Positions 10,943 through 20,613 of a stretch of 64,000 nucleotides of DNA are shown here, piece after piece. Position 1 is the first letter of the stretch; the number at the start of each line of letters is the position of its first letter. The stretch spans positions 10,982 to 74,981 of the forward strand of contig SGZL01000002.1 of the NCBI GenBank assembly GCA_004213955.1. The letters run 5' to 3'. This DNA comes from Gammaproteobacteria bacterium (GTDB taxonomy: Bacteria; Pseudomonadota; Gammaproteobacteria; Magnimaribacterales; AG-339-G14). The position numbers and the translations under genes were made by a program. The notes under the pieces were generated by a model. That model searched no databases and was not told where the DNA came from. It worked only from the letters and a program-made list of their open reading frames with translations.

Positions 10943-11295
10943 TGACAAGTTCAAGAAAAGCAGTCGATATTATTGAAAAAGCTCAGTTAAAATCTGATTT
11001 ACCTATTTTTTCTCAGGGAGATACAGTTCTAGTTGAATACCTTGTGAAAGAGGGTACGAGAGAAAGATCTCAGCCTTTTGAAGGAATTGTTATAGCTATA
11101 AAAAACAGAGGTTTAAATTCCTCTTTTATAGTAAGAAAAATTTCTAATGGAATCGGAGTCGAGAGGACTTTTCAAACGCATAGCCCGTTAATAAAATCTA
11201 TTAAAGTCAAAAGGAAAGGTAAAGTTAGACAATCTAAGTTATTTTATCTTAGAGAAAGATCTGGAAGATCAGCTCGTATTAAAGAAAAGATTTGA
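10942..11295 (+). CDS. rplS: 50S ribosomal protein L19
   Basis: 117 aa. GDTV.V...V.EG.RER.Q.FEG.VIA pattern. ATGA overlap with trmD. Confidence 0.95.
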   Translation: MTSSRKAVDIIEKAQLKSDLPIFSQGDTVLVEYLVKEGTRERSQPFEGIVIAIKNRGLNSSFIVRKISNGIGVERTFQTHSPLIKSIKVKRKGKVRQSKLFYLRERSGRSARIKEKI

Positions 11296-11299
11296 ATCT

Positions 11300-12199
11300 T
11301 TGATGAATGACGATGAAAGGCAAATAATTGATGCCTTTATAGACACCATTTGGATAGAAAAAGGCCTTAGTCCTAATACTTTAGATTCTTATAAATCAGA
11401 CTTGGAAAGGTATTTAACTTGGATTGAATCCAATTCGTTGATTTACAATAATGTAACTCGTTCCGATGTTCTAGAATATTTAGCTCATTTGTTTGGACAA
11501 AAATTAGAAGGTAAATCAGTTGCAAGAAATTTATCTTCGCTAAAAGCATTTCATAATTATTTAATTCTCAAAGATATAATCAAAGATAATCCTTGTGAAA
11601 AAATAGAAACCCCAAAGTTTATTAAATCTATTCCATCTTCGCTTTCCGAGGCTCAAATAGAAAAACTATTAGATGCTCCAGATGAGAATACTTTTATCGG
11701 ACTGAGAGATAAAACAATGATAGAAACATTATATTCATGCGGATTAAGAATTTCTGAATTAGTAAATTTAGAGATAATACATGTAAATTTAAGACAAGGA
11801 GTAATCAGGGTTCTTGGAAAAGGTCAGAAAGAGCGCTTGGTGCCAATGGGACAAAAATTGATTAGTTTGGTCGAAAGATACCTAGAAATATTGAGAGAAA
11901 AAAAAATGAGTGATGTTTCGAATTATATGTTTCTATCTCAAAGGGGTAAAAAAATTACTAGACAAGCTTTTTGGCATAGAATAAAGATCTATGCTTCTAA
12001 AATTGGATTAGAAGACAATAAAGTATCTCCACACGTTCTTAGACACGCATTTGCCACACATCTATTAAATAATGGAGCAGATCTCAGGGTCGTTCAACTC
12101 TTATTAGGACATAGCGATCTCAATACAACTCAAATTTATACAGAGGTTGCAAAACAGAGATTGCAAAATTTACACTCAGAACATCATCCGAGAGGTTAA
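11300..12199 (+). CDS. xerD: Site-specific tyrosine recombinase XerD
   Basis: 299 aa. LSPNTLDSYKSDL N-terminal SAM-like domain. C-terminal HVLRHAFATHLL and LLGHSDLNTTQIYT contain the catalytic His/Tyr. TTG at 11300 or ATG at 11303 is the start. Confidence 0.85.
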   Translation: MMNDDERQIIDAFIDTIWIEKGLSPNTLDSYKSDLERYLTWIESNSLIYNNVTRSDVLEYLAHLFGQKLEGKSVARNLSSLKAFHNYLILKDIIKDNPCEKIETPKFIKSIPSSLSEAQIEKLLDAPDENTFIGLRDKTMIETLYSCGLRISELVNLEIIHVNLRQGVIRVLGKGQKERLVPMGQKLISLVERYLEILREKKMSDVSNYMFLSQRGKKITRQAFWHRIKIYASKIGLEDNKVSPHVLRHAFATHLLNNGADLRVVQLLLGHSDLNTTQIYTEVAKQRLQNLHSEHHPRG

Positions 12200-12910
12200 A
12201 TGAAATATTTATTAATAATCTTTATAATTTTCATTTCTTGTAGCAATGAGAATCATGCAAGCAAAGATTTAATTTCAAAAGTAAATGAAATTATTCCTAA
12301 TGGGTTATCTGTTATATCTTTTTCTAAATCTAATATAAAAAATTTTTACGAAGTTGAACTTTCTGATGGAACTTATTTTTTTATTGATGATCTAGGAGAG
12401 CATATATTTTTAGGAGATTTATTCAGAATTGAAAATAGTAGATTAGTAAATTTATCTTACTTTCGAGAAAAAGAAAAAATATTAAATTTGTTCGATGAGA
12501 TCGATCGTAATTCCTTTATAACTTTTAATCCATCAGATAAAAAATACGAGGTTTTTGTTTTCACAGATGTTGATTGTGGATTCTGTCGAAGGTTTCATAA
12601 TAATATTCAAAGCTATCTCGATTTAGGCATTGAGGTAAATTATCTATCTTTCCCTAGAGAAGGCCTTAAAAGTCAAACGGCAAAAAAACTTTCAACTGCT
12701 TGGTGCTCTGAGGATAAAAAAAATACACTTAAAGATTTGAAGCTTGGTAAAGATTTGCCATTCAAAAATTGCGATTCAAATCCTATTGAAGACCATTATA
12801 ATCTTGCTAGAGAAGTTGGTATTTCTGGAACTCCGACTTTTATAACCGAAAACGGATTTAAAATACCAGGATTAGTTGAAGCTGATGAATTAATACAATA
12901 TTTAAAATAA
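12200..12910 (+). CDS. dsbC: Thiol:disulfide interchange protein DsbC-like
   Basis: 236 aa with an N-terminal signal/lipobox-like sequence. FTDVDCGFCRRFH CxxC thioredoxin motif. The GTPTF cis-Pro region is typical of DsbC/DsbG. Confidence 0.78.
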   Translation: MKYLLIIFIIFISCSNENHASKDLISKVNEIIPNGLSVISFSKSNIKNFYEVELSDGTYFFIDDLGEHIFLGDLFRIENSRLVNLSYFREKEKILNLFDEIDRNSFITFNPSDKKYEVFVFTDVDCGFCRRFHNNIQSYLDLGIEVNYLSFPREGLKSQTAKKLSTAWCSEDKKNTLKDLKLGKDLPFKNCDSNPIEDHYNLAREVGISGTPTFITENGFKIPGLVEADELIQYLK

Positions 12911-12913
12911 GTC

Positions 12914-14089
12914 ATGAATGAATTAGATAAAAACTTCGCATCAATAGACCGTTTACCGCCTTATATTTTTGAGCAAATAAATACTCTTAAAATGGAGGCT
13001 AGAAGAAACGGAGAAGACATAATTGACTTTAGTATGGGTAATCCTGACGGAGAAACTCCTAAATTTATAGTGGATAAGATGACAGAAACTGTCCAAAGAG
13101 GCGATACGCATAGGTATTCTCAATCAATTGGAATACCAAAATTAAGATTAGCAATAACCGATTGGTACAAGAGAAAGTTTGGAGTAACTTTGGACCATTC
13201 TACAGAGGCAATAGTAACTATTGGTTCAAAAGAAGGATTAGGGCATCTAGCAATGGCCACTGTAGACAAAGGAGATGTAATTCTGGTACCTAATCCTGCT
13301 TATCCTATTCATCCCTTTGGGTTTGTGATATCAGGAGCTGACATAAGGCATGTGCCTATAGGACCCAATATTAATTTCTTTGATAATCTTGAAGAAGCAA
13401 TTAAAACATCCTTTCCAAAGCCTAAAATGCTTTTATTAAATTTTCCAAGCAACCCTACGGCTTTATGTGTTGAAAAGGATTTTTTTGAAAAAGTAATTGA
13501 GATTGCTAAAGAAAATGGAATTTGGGTCGTTCATGATCTGGCCTATGCTGATTTATGTTTTGATGGTTACAAAGCTCCTTCTATTTTAGAAGTAGAGGGC
13601 GCCAAGGAGATTGCAGTAGAATTTTTTACTCTTTCAAAAAGCTACAATATGCCTGGTTGGCGTTTAGGATTTTGTTGTGGAAACCCAGAATTAATAAAAG
13701 CCTTGGCAAGATTAAAGTCATATTTTGATTATGGCCATTTTACTCCTGTGCAGGTTGCAGGTATTGAGGCCTTAAATAATGGTGATGATTTCGTAAAAGA
13801 AGTTTGTGAGCTATATAAGATTAGAAGAGACGTTTTATGCGATGGTTTGAATAATCTTGGCTGGGAAGTAGAAAAGCCAAAGGCTACTATGTTTGTATGG
13901 GCAAAAATTCCAAAGAAATTTAATATGAAATCTATGGAATTTTCTGAGTTGCTTCTCAAGGAAGCAAAGATTGCTGTTTCGCCGGGTTTAGGATTTGGAG
14001 TTTATGGAGACGATTTTGTTAGGTTTTCTCTTATAGAAAATGAACACAGAACTAAACAAGCATTAAAAAATCTAAAGAAGATATTTTAA
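12914..14089 (+). CDS. PLP-dependent class I/II aminotransferase (AlaC/aspartate aminotransferase-like)
   Basis: 391 aa. MGNPDG, NPSNPT-like (FPSNPTA) and SKSYNMPGWRLG, containing the PLP-lysine. Specific substrate cannot be told from sequence alone. Confidence 0.8.
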   Translation: MNELDKNFASIDRLPPYIFEQINTLKMEARRNGEDIIDFSMGNPDGETPKFIVDKMTETVQRGDTHRYSQSIGIPKLRLAITDWYKRKFGVTLDHSTEAIVTIGSKEGLGHLAMATVDKGDVILVPNPAYPIHPFGFVISGADIRHVPIGPNINFFDNLEEAIKTSFPKPKMLLLNFPSNPTALCVEKDFFEKVIEIAKENGIWVVHDLAYADLCFDGYKAPSILEVEGAKEIAVEFFTLSKSYNMPGWRLGFCCGNPELIKALARLKSYFDYGHFTPVQVAGIEALNNGDDFVKEVCELYKIRRDVLCDGLNNLGWEVEKPKATMFVWAKIPKKFNMKSMEFSELLLKEAKIAVSPGLGFGVYGDDFVRFSLIENEHRTKQALKNLKKIF

Positions 14090-14094
14090 AAAAA

Positions 14095-15363
14095 ATGAAA
14101 AAAATAAATATCGCTTTGTGTGGAACAGGAAATGTTGGCTCTTCATTTATAGATCTAGTTCTAAAGAATAAACAAAAAATGATGTCAAATTTTGATATTG
14201 ATATTAATTTAACTCTTATTGGTTCTAGAAAAGGAGAAATTGATAACACTCAATTTGAAGGAACTATAGAAAAAGATATATTAAAAGTTCCTTTAAACGC
14301 AGAGATTGACGTTGTAATTGAATTAATTGGAGGTACAGATATATCTTATGATTTAGCCAAATTAAGTCTCGAAAATGGAAAACATTTTGTTACTGCAAAC
14401 AAGGCCTTGATTGCAGAAAAAGGATCTGAATTGTTTGAGTTGGCATCAAAAAAGAATCTTCATCTAGGTTTCGAGGCTTCTGTTGGAGGAGGTATTCCAA
14501 TTATAAGAACTTTAAGAGATGGGCTGATATCTAATAGAGTGAATTGGTTCAAAGGAATTTTGAATGGAACATCTAACTATATCTTGTCAAAAATGTTTTT
14601 AGAAAATCAAACGTATGAAAGCGCCTTGAAATCTGCTCAAGAATTAGGTTTTGCTGAACCAGACCCAACCTTCGATATTGATGGTACCGATGCCTATCAA
14701 AAAACTTCAATTCTTTCTTTTCTTTCATTTAATGGTGAGATTTCACTGGATAAAATTTATCGCGAGGGAATTAACAAGATTGAGTCTTTGGATATGGAAT
14801 ACGGTAAAGAATTAGGATTCGTCATTAAACCTTTATCTCTTGGTATAAATTATGGAGAAAAATTATTTATAGGTTCATTTCCGGCATTCATTAAAGAAAA
14901 TGAAATTTTGGCTAATGTAAACTTTGAAACCAATGTGATTGAAGTAAATTCTGAGAATTTGAATTCTACTGCTTATCAAGGCCCAGGGGCCGGAGGTTAC
15001 CCAACATCAACATCCGTAATGAATGATCTCATTGATATTGGTAAAGGAAAGGTGTTTGATTATTTTAATCTTTTAAACCCTATTCAAATTGATAGCTTTG
15101 ACGAATTTAAAACTCCAAGATATCTAAGACTGATGGTTAAGGACGAGCCTGGAGTGGTAGCAGAGATTTCTAAATTAATCGCAGAAAAAAATCTTTCTAT
15201 TGATAATTTAATTCAAAAGGAGAAACAGAAATCAGATGAAATAATTCCTATTGTTATTGTACTTGGCGAATGTTCAGAAAAAGTTGTTAACTCTTTAATA
15301 AAAGAGTTAGAAAAATTGCCTAAAGTAAAAAGTCCCATTCAACAAATTAGATTCATTAATTAA
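14095..15363 (+). CDS. hom: Homoserine dehydrogenase
   Basis: 422 aa. GTGNVG NAD(P) fold, VTANKAL, EASVGGGIPII, ILNGTSNYIL and a C-terminal ACT-like domain. Sits upstream of thrC. Confidence 0.9.
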   Translation: MKKINIALCGTGNVGSSFIDLVLKNKQKMMSNFDIDINLTLIGSRKGEIDNTQFEGTIEKDILKVPLNAEIDVVIELIGGTDISYDLAKLSLENGKHFVTANKALIAEKGSELFELASKKNLHLGFEASVGGGIPIIRTLRDGLISNRVNWFKGILNGTSNYILSKMFLENQTYESALKSAQELGFAEPDPTFDIDGTDAYQKTSILSFLSFNGEISLDKIYREGINKIESLDMEYGKELGFVIKPLSLGINYGEKLFIGSFPAFIKENEILANVNFETNVIEVNSENLNSTAYQGPGAGGYPTSTSVMNDLIDIGKGKVFDYFNLLNPIQIDSFDEFKTPRYLRLMVKDEPGVVAEISKLIAEKNLSIDNLIQKEKQKSDEIIPIVIVLGECSEKVVNSLIKELEKLPKVKSPIQQIRFIN

Positions 15364-15365
15364 AC

Positions 15366-16751
15366 ATGTTGTATTCCAGTTCCAGGGGAAAATCAGAATC
15401 CGTAAAATTTTTGGAGGTGTTAACTTCTGGAGTTGCTCCAGATGGAGGTTTATACCTTCCAGAAAAAACACCTAAATTTCTCGAAGAGGAGTTATTAAGT
15501 TTTAAAAATTTTTCATACAATGAACTTGCTTTGGAGATCCTTCATCCTTTTATGGACGATTTTTTATCAAGAGAAGAGCTAGAAAAAATAATTTTGGAAT
15601 CTTATTCTTCTTTTCGAATAGAAAATGTAGTTCAAATAAATAATCAAAAACAATTTGGGAATATTTTAGAACTTTTTCATGGTCCAACTTATGCATTCAA
15701 AGACGTAGCCATGCAGCTCCTTGCCGGTCTATTAAACAAAGCTTCAGAAAAAATTGATAAAAAAATTGTCATTCTTGGGGCTACATCTGGAGATACTGGT
15801 TCCGCTGCCATTGAAGCTTGCAAACGTTATACAGACTTAGATATTTTTATCCTTTTCCCAGATAAAAAGATATCTGAAGTTCAGCAAAGACAGATGACTA
15901 CTTCCGGAGCAGACAATGTTTATTCCATTGCCTTGGACGGCGATTTCGATGACTGTCAGAAATATGTGAAAAAGCTTTTTTTAAATCAAGACAAATTTCC
16001 TAAGATAAGGTTTGTTTCTATAAATTCTATAAATTGGACAAGAATTATTTCTCAAAGTGTTTATTTTTTCTATGCAAATTATCTTCTAGATAATACGAAG
16101 TATGTCGCTTCAATCCCTTCAGGAAACTTTGGACATGCTTACGCTGGATGGCTTGCAACTAAAATGGGATTAGAGTTAGAAGGAATTCATATTGCTACTA
16201 ACAAGAACGATATCCTCGATAGGTTAATTTCAACCGGCATTTACACTAAAAATCAAACTATAAAATCATTAGCTCCAAGCATGGATATTTCAGTAGCAAG
16301 TAATTTTGAAAGGTTAATGGTAGAAGTTTTAAATAATGACAGATCCAAGTTAAACGAATTAATGCACATTTTTCCTGAAAATTCTCTAGATTTTAATCAT
16401 TATCCAGAATGGAAAAAAATATCTTCCTTTTTTTCTAGCAGCAAAACTAACGACCAAGAAATTAAAAAATGTATAGAAGAAGTTGTTTCTAATTCAAATT
16501 ATTTCATAGATCCTCACACTGCTACTGCAGTAGAAGGACTTTTAGGGTCTAAGGTTCCTGGAGAAAATATACTAACCTTCGCGACTGCGCATCCTGCAAA
16601 GTTTCCAGACGCTTTTCATGGCATTAATGGCTTTAATGATATTATTCCGCCCGAATTGATAAGTATTTTCGAAAAAGAAGAGAGTCTTATAAAATTAAAA
16701 AATAATTACGAAGAAATTTCTAATTTTATTTCTTCAAACTATATCAATTAA
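15366..16751 (+). CDS. thrC: Threonine synthase
   Basis: 461 aa. FHGPTYAFKDVA (PLP-lysine) and ATSGDTGSA motifs. Confidence 0.92.
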   Translation: MLYSSSRGKSESVKFLEVLTSGVAPDGGLYLPEKTPKFLEEELLSFKNFSYNELALEILHPFMDDFLSREELEKIILESYSSFRIENVVQINNQKQFGNILELFHGPTYAFKDVAMQLLAGLLNKASEKIDKKIVILGATSGDTGSAAIEACKRYTDLDIFILFPDKKISEVQQRQMTTSGADNVYSIALDGDFDDCQKYVKKLFLNQDKFPKIRFVSINSINWTRIISQSVYFFYANYLLDNTKYVASIPSGNFGHAYAGWLATKMGLELEGIHIATNKNDILDRLISTGIYTKNQTIKSLAPSMDISVASNFERLMVEVLNNDRSKLNELMHIFPENSLDFNHYPEWKKISSFFSSSKTNDQEIKKCIEEVVSNSNYFIDPHTATAVEGLLGSKVPGENILTFATAHPAKFPDAFHGINGFNDIIPPELISIFEKEESLIKLKNNYEEISNFISSNYIN

Positions 16752-16755
16752 TTTT

Positions 16756-17851
16756 ATGTCAGATAAATCTATACAAGAAAGATTAAAAGTTTCAAAAGAT
16801 GAGCTAAATGATCTAAGGGGGTTTCTTTGACTATGATTCAAAACTATCTAGATACAAAATCTTACTAAAAGAATTTGAAAACCCTGAGCTCTGGAAAAAC
16901 CAAGAAAAAAGTCAAACTTTAGGGAAAGAAAAATCATCTCTCGAAAAATTAATTAATTCAATAGACGATATCACGTCTTCCTTGAGTGATTTAGATGAGC
17001 TTTTTCTTCTTTTAGAAAATGAAGAAAATCAGGATGAGTTTATTTCTTTATCTAATGAACTCAATAATATTGAAACGAAGATTTCTCAACTTCAATTTCA
17101 AAGAATGTTTTCTGGTAAAAATGATGCCAATAATGCTTTTTTAGATATTCAATCAGGATCTGGTGGAACTGAAGCCCAAGACTGGGCTGAAATGTTATTA
17201 AGAATGTATTTAATGTGGGGGGAGAAAAAGAAATTTAAAACCGAGTTAATTGAGGTTTCACCAGGAGATGTTGCAGGAATCAAAAGCGCTACTATAAGAT
17301 TTGAAGGAGAGTTTAGTTTTGGGTGGCTTAGAACAGAATCGGGAGTTCATAGACTAGTTAGAAAATCCCCATTTGATTCTGGAAGTAGACGACATACCTC
17401 TTTTGCATCTATTTTTATTTCGCCAGAGATAGAAGATAATATTGAAATTAATATCGATCCTTCAGATATTAGAATTGATACTTATAGAGCTAGTGGTGCA
17501 GGCGGTCAGCATGTTAATAAAACTGATTCGGCGGTCCGTTTGACTCATGAACCAACTGGAGTTGTCGTGCAATGTCAGTCCGATAGGTCTCAACATAAAA
17601 ATAAAGATAAGGCGATGAAGCAATTAAGAGCTAAACTTTATGAGTTAGAATTAAATAAACAAGACGAAGTAATGAAAAACCTAGAAGAAACTAAAGCAGA
17701 TATTTCATGGGGAAGTCAAATCAGATCATATGTTTTAGATTCTGGGAGAATCAAGGATCTTAGAACAGGAATTGAAACTGGAAATTGTTCAGCAGTTTTA
17801 GATGGTGAGATCGATTTATTCATTGAAGAAAGCTTAAAGGCTGGAGTTTAA
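16756..17851 (+). CDS. prfB: Peptide chain release factor 2, expressed via programmed +1 frameshift
   Basis: Frame 0 from ATG 16756 encodes [24 protein letters not shown], then in-frame TGA (16828-16830). The +1 frame from GAC 16829 continues [10 protein letters not shown]... into the 289-aa ORF, which carries SPF and GGQ ([16 protein letters not shown]) motifs. Confidence 0.93.
16816..16831 (+). promoter_or_regulatory. RF2 autoregulatory +1 frameshift site (internal SD-like AGGGGG + CTT TGA C)
   Basis: AGGGGGTTTCTTTGAC closely matches the E. coli site AGGGGGTATCTTTGAC. The SD-like element lies 3 nt upstream of the slippery CUU-UGA. Confidence 0.9.
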
Positions 17852-17854
17852 AAA

Positions 17855-19309
17855 ATGTCAGATCAGCAAGATGAAAATCACTTAATAGAAGAAAGAAGAA
17901 AAAAACTAGAGAATTTGAAAGAAAAAGGAATTAATTATCCTAATTCATTTAGAAGATCTAATTTAGCAAAAGCATTAATAGATGGATACTCTCAATTTGA
18001 AAAAGATGAATTAGCAAAAAAAAGTATTTCCGTATCTATAGCCGGCAGAATAATGCTAAAAAGAGAAATGGGTAAGGCGAGTTTTTCAACCATTCAAGAT
18101 ATGACAGGAAGAATTCAGCTTTATTTGAGACAAGATGCTTTAGAAAATTATGAAATTTTCAAAGTTAGTGATCTTGGCGATATTGTTGGTGTTAAAGGGA
18201 CTTTGTTTAAGACAAATACTGGAGAGTTATCTGTGCAAGTAACTGAATTCAACATGTTAACTAAATCTCTCAGGCCATTGCCAGAAAAGCATCTTGGGCT
18301 TTCTGACATAGAAACTAAGTATAGAAAAAGATATCTTGATTTGCTTACTAATATTGAAACTCAAAAAGTATTTGAAACTAGAAGTAGGGTTATAAACGAT
18401 ATAAGGCAATTTTTAATTAATGATGATTTTATTGAAGTTGAGACTCCTATGATGCATCCGATTCCTGGAGGAGCCACAGCTAAACCCTTTGTTACTCATC
18501 ACAATGCTTTGGATATGGAATTATTTTTGCGAATAGCTCCAGAGCTATATTTAAAAAGATTAGTGATTGGAGGAATGGAAAAGGTCTTTGAAATTAATAG
18601 AAATTTTAGAAATGAAGGTTTATCAACAAAACATAATCCAGAATTCACTATGCTGGAGTTTTACACAGCATATGTAGACTACAAATTTCAAATGGACTTC
18701 GTAGAAAATATGTTGCGAAGCGTAGAGAAAACTACAAATACAGGTACTTCAATTTTTTCAGATGAATTTGATCGATTTACTATGGATGAGGCAATAGTTG
18801 ATCATAATTCTATTAGTTTAAAAGATTTAACTAATAAAAATAATCTTATAGATTTTTGTAAAAAAAATTCTATAAATTTAGATGATGCGGATGAAATAGG
18901 AAATATAAAAAATATAATTTTTGAATCCACAGTTGAGGAAAAACTTATAAAACCTACATTTATTTATAACTATCCTGTAGAAATTTCTCCTTTGGCAAGA
19001 TCCTTAGATAAGGATAATTCTACTGTTGAAAGGTTTGAGTTATTTGTTAATGGTAAGGAATTAGGAAACTCATTTTCGGAGTTAAATGATCCAGAAGAGC
19101 AAGCAAATCGTTTTGAACTTCAAGTCAAAGAAAAAGAAGCAGGTGATGAAGAAGCAATGCAATTTGATAAAGATTATATAGAAGCTCTTGAATACGGCTT
19201 AGCTCCCTGTGCAGGAGTGGGAATTGGAATAGATAGATTAATTATGTTGCTTACCAGAAAAGAGAGCATCAGAGACGTCGTACTTTTCCCTCAATTAAAA
19301 AATAAATAA
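17855..19309 (+). CDS. lysS: Lysyl-tRNA synthetase (class II)
   Basis: 484 aa. OB-fold N-domain, then class II motifs (FLEVETPMM-like FIEVETPMMH, FRNEG, GIGIDRL). prfB-lysS operon arrangement. Confidence 0.95.
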   Translation: MSDQQDENHLIEERRKKLENLKEKGINYPNSFRRSNLAKALIDGYSQFEKDELAKKSISVSIAGRIMLKREMGKASFSTIQDMTGRIQLYLRQDALENYEIFKVSDLGDIVGVKGTLFKTNTGELSVQVTEFNMLTKSLRPLPEKHLGLSDIETKYRKRYLDLLTNIETQKVFETRSRVINDIRQFLINDDFIEVETPMMHPIPGGATAKPFVTHHNALDMELFLRIAPELYLKRLVIGGMEKVFEINRNFRNEGLSTKHNPEFTMLEFYTAYVDYKFQMDFVENMLRSVEKTTNTGTSIFSDEFDRFTMDEAIVDHNSISLKDLTNKNNLIDFCKKNSINLDDADEIGNIKNIIFESTVEEKLIKPTFIYNYPVEISPLARSLDKDNSTVERFELFVNGKELGNSFSELNDPEEQANRFELQVKEKEAGDEEAMQFDKDYIEALEYGLAPCAGVGIGIDRLIMLLTRKESIRDVVLFPQLKNK

Positions 19310-19311
19310 TT

Positions 19312-20613
19312 TTATTCTAAGTTAATCCAACTACCGTGAAAGCCAAAAGGTACTCGAGAAGGAAGAACTACTCTCGCTAGAGGAGCATCAGAAAAATTCT
19401 CAGCGTCAATAATGATAAATTCACTTTTGTCCGTTTCTCGGTCATAAACAAAGCCAACAACATATCCATCATCTTCAGCAGATGAATTTAATTTAGGAAT
19501 GTAAACCGGTTCTGCTCCTTTACGGTTGTCACCTAAATGATGAACTTCACTGCTATCTTTCAAAAAATCATATTTGAAAAGATTATTTAAAGACCCATCA
19601 TTTAAGATGTAACTGAATCTATGCTCTTTGCCTTCTAATTCAGGATGAATTCTTGCAAATTCCATTGGTCTATCATCTAGTATTGTTTCAACGCAAGAAC
19701 CTTTTTCGATATCAATTTCCCATCTTGTTAGGAAAGGTTTCTTACCAAAAGGAAGGGGATTATTAAAGTCAAAAAGTTTTTCGTATCTACAAAAATCTAA
19801 AATAATTTTTCCTGATTTATCTTCATATGAATTAACCACATGAAAAAGAAAACACTTTGGAACTTCAATCCATTTTATTTGTGACGATTGTCTATTTAAA
19901 AGACCTAATTTAGGGCGATAGCTGTCATCCCAAATAACAGGATAATCTGAACCACCTTTACTATCACTTCTTCTGCCTGTACTAAAAGTAACAGGCAGAT
20001 CAAAAATGAGAACATAATTTTCAGTAATAGCGCAGTCATGAATCATTGGCTTAGAATCTAGCTTGATTGGTATGTCAGTTTTAATTTCTCCATTGCCATC
20101 GACAACACGATAATGTACTCGATTAACTTCAGATAAATATTCAGAAAAATCATAACTAATAGCATGCAATTCATTTTTAGTTGCATCAAGTTTTGGATGC
20201 GCAGTAAATCGTTTTTCTTTATTTTCTGAAAAAGGAATCTCGTCTGAAAAGTTTAAATTTGAATCAAGAATTACTGGAGAGGAGCCTCCTTCAACTAGGG
20301 CATAAATTTTGTCAGCATGTTTCAAAACGTGGGTATTTGGACCAAAACCAAAAGATGATTCCACGTATCTATTCTTGTACCAAAGTGCTTTACCATTCTC
20401 TATTTTCAAACCATGGATCATCCCATCGCCAAAAAAAGGATGATAATTTTTATGATCTATGGGTTCTTTTGGATTAGGACCATTTCTCAAAAATAAACCG
20501 TTCAGTTCCGCTGGGATTTCTCCAATAATTTCAAGATCGTCAGCATAAGATTCATCTACTGGATACCAATTTTCCTTTAAAAAAACATTATCGCTGTCCC
20601 TTAAATTTCTCAT
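19312..20613 (-). CDS. Carotenoid/apocarotenoid cleavage oxygenase (RPE65/CCD family)
   Basis: 433 aa. HPFFGDGMIHG, plus all four iron-ligand histidine contexts of the family: FTAHPK, MIHDCAITENY, FLFHVVNSYE, PFGFHGSWI. Confidence 0.85.
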   Translation of the reverse strand: MRNLRDSDNVFLKENWYPVDESYADDLEIIGEIPAELNGLFLRNGPNPKEPIDHKNYHPFFGDGMIHGLKIENGKALWYKNRYVESSFGFGPNTHVLKHADKIYALVEGGSSPVILDSNLNFSDEIPFSENKEKRFTAHPKLDATKNELHAISYDFSEYLSEVNRVHYRVVDGNGEIKTDIPIKLDSKPMIHDCAITENYVLIFDLPVTFSTGRRSDSKGGSDYPVIWDDSYRPKLGLLNRQSSQIKWIEVPKCFLFHVVNSYEDKSGKIILDFCRYEKLFDFNNPLPFGKKPFLTRWEIDIEKGSCVETILDDRPMEFARIHPELEGKEHRFSYILNDGSLNNLFKYDFLKDSSEVHHLGDNRKGAEPVYIPKLNSSAEDDGYVVGFVYDRETDKSEFIIIDAENFSDAPLARVVLPSRVPFGFHGSWINLE

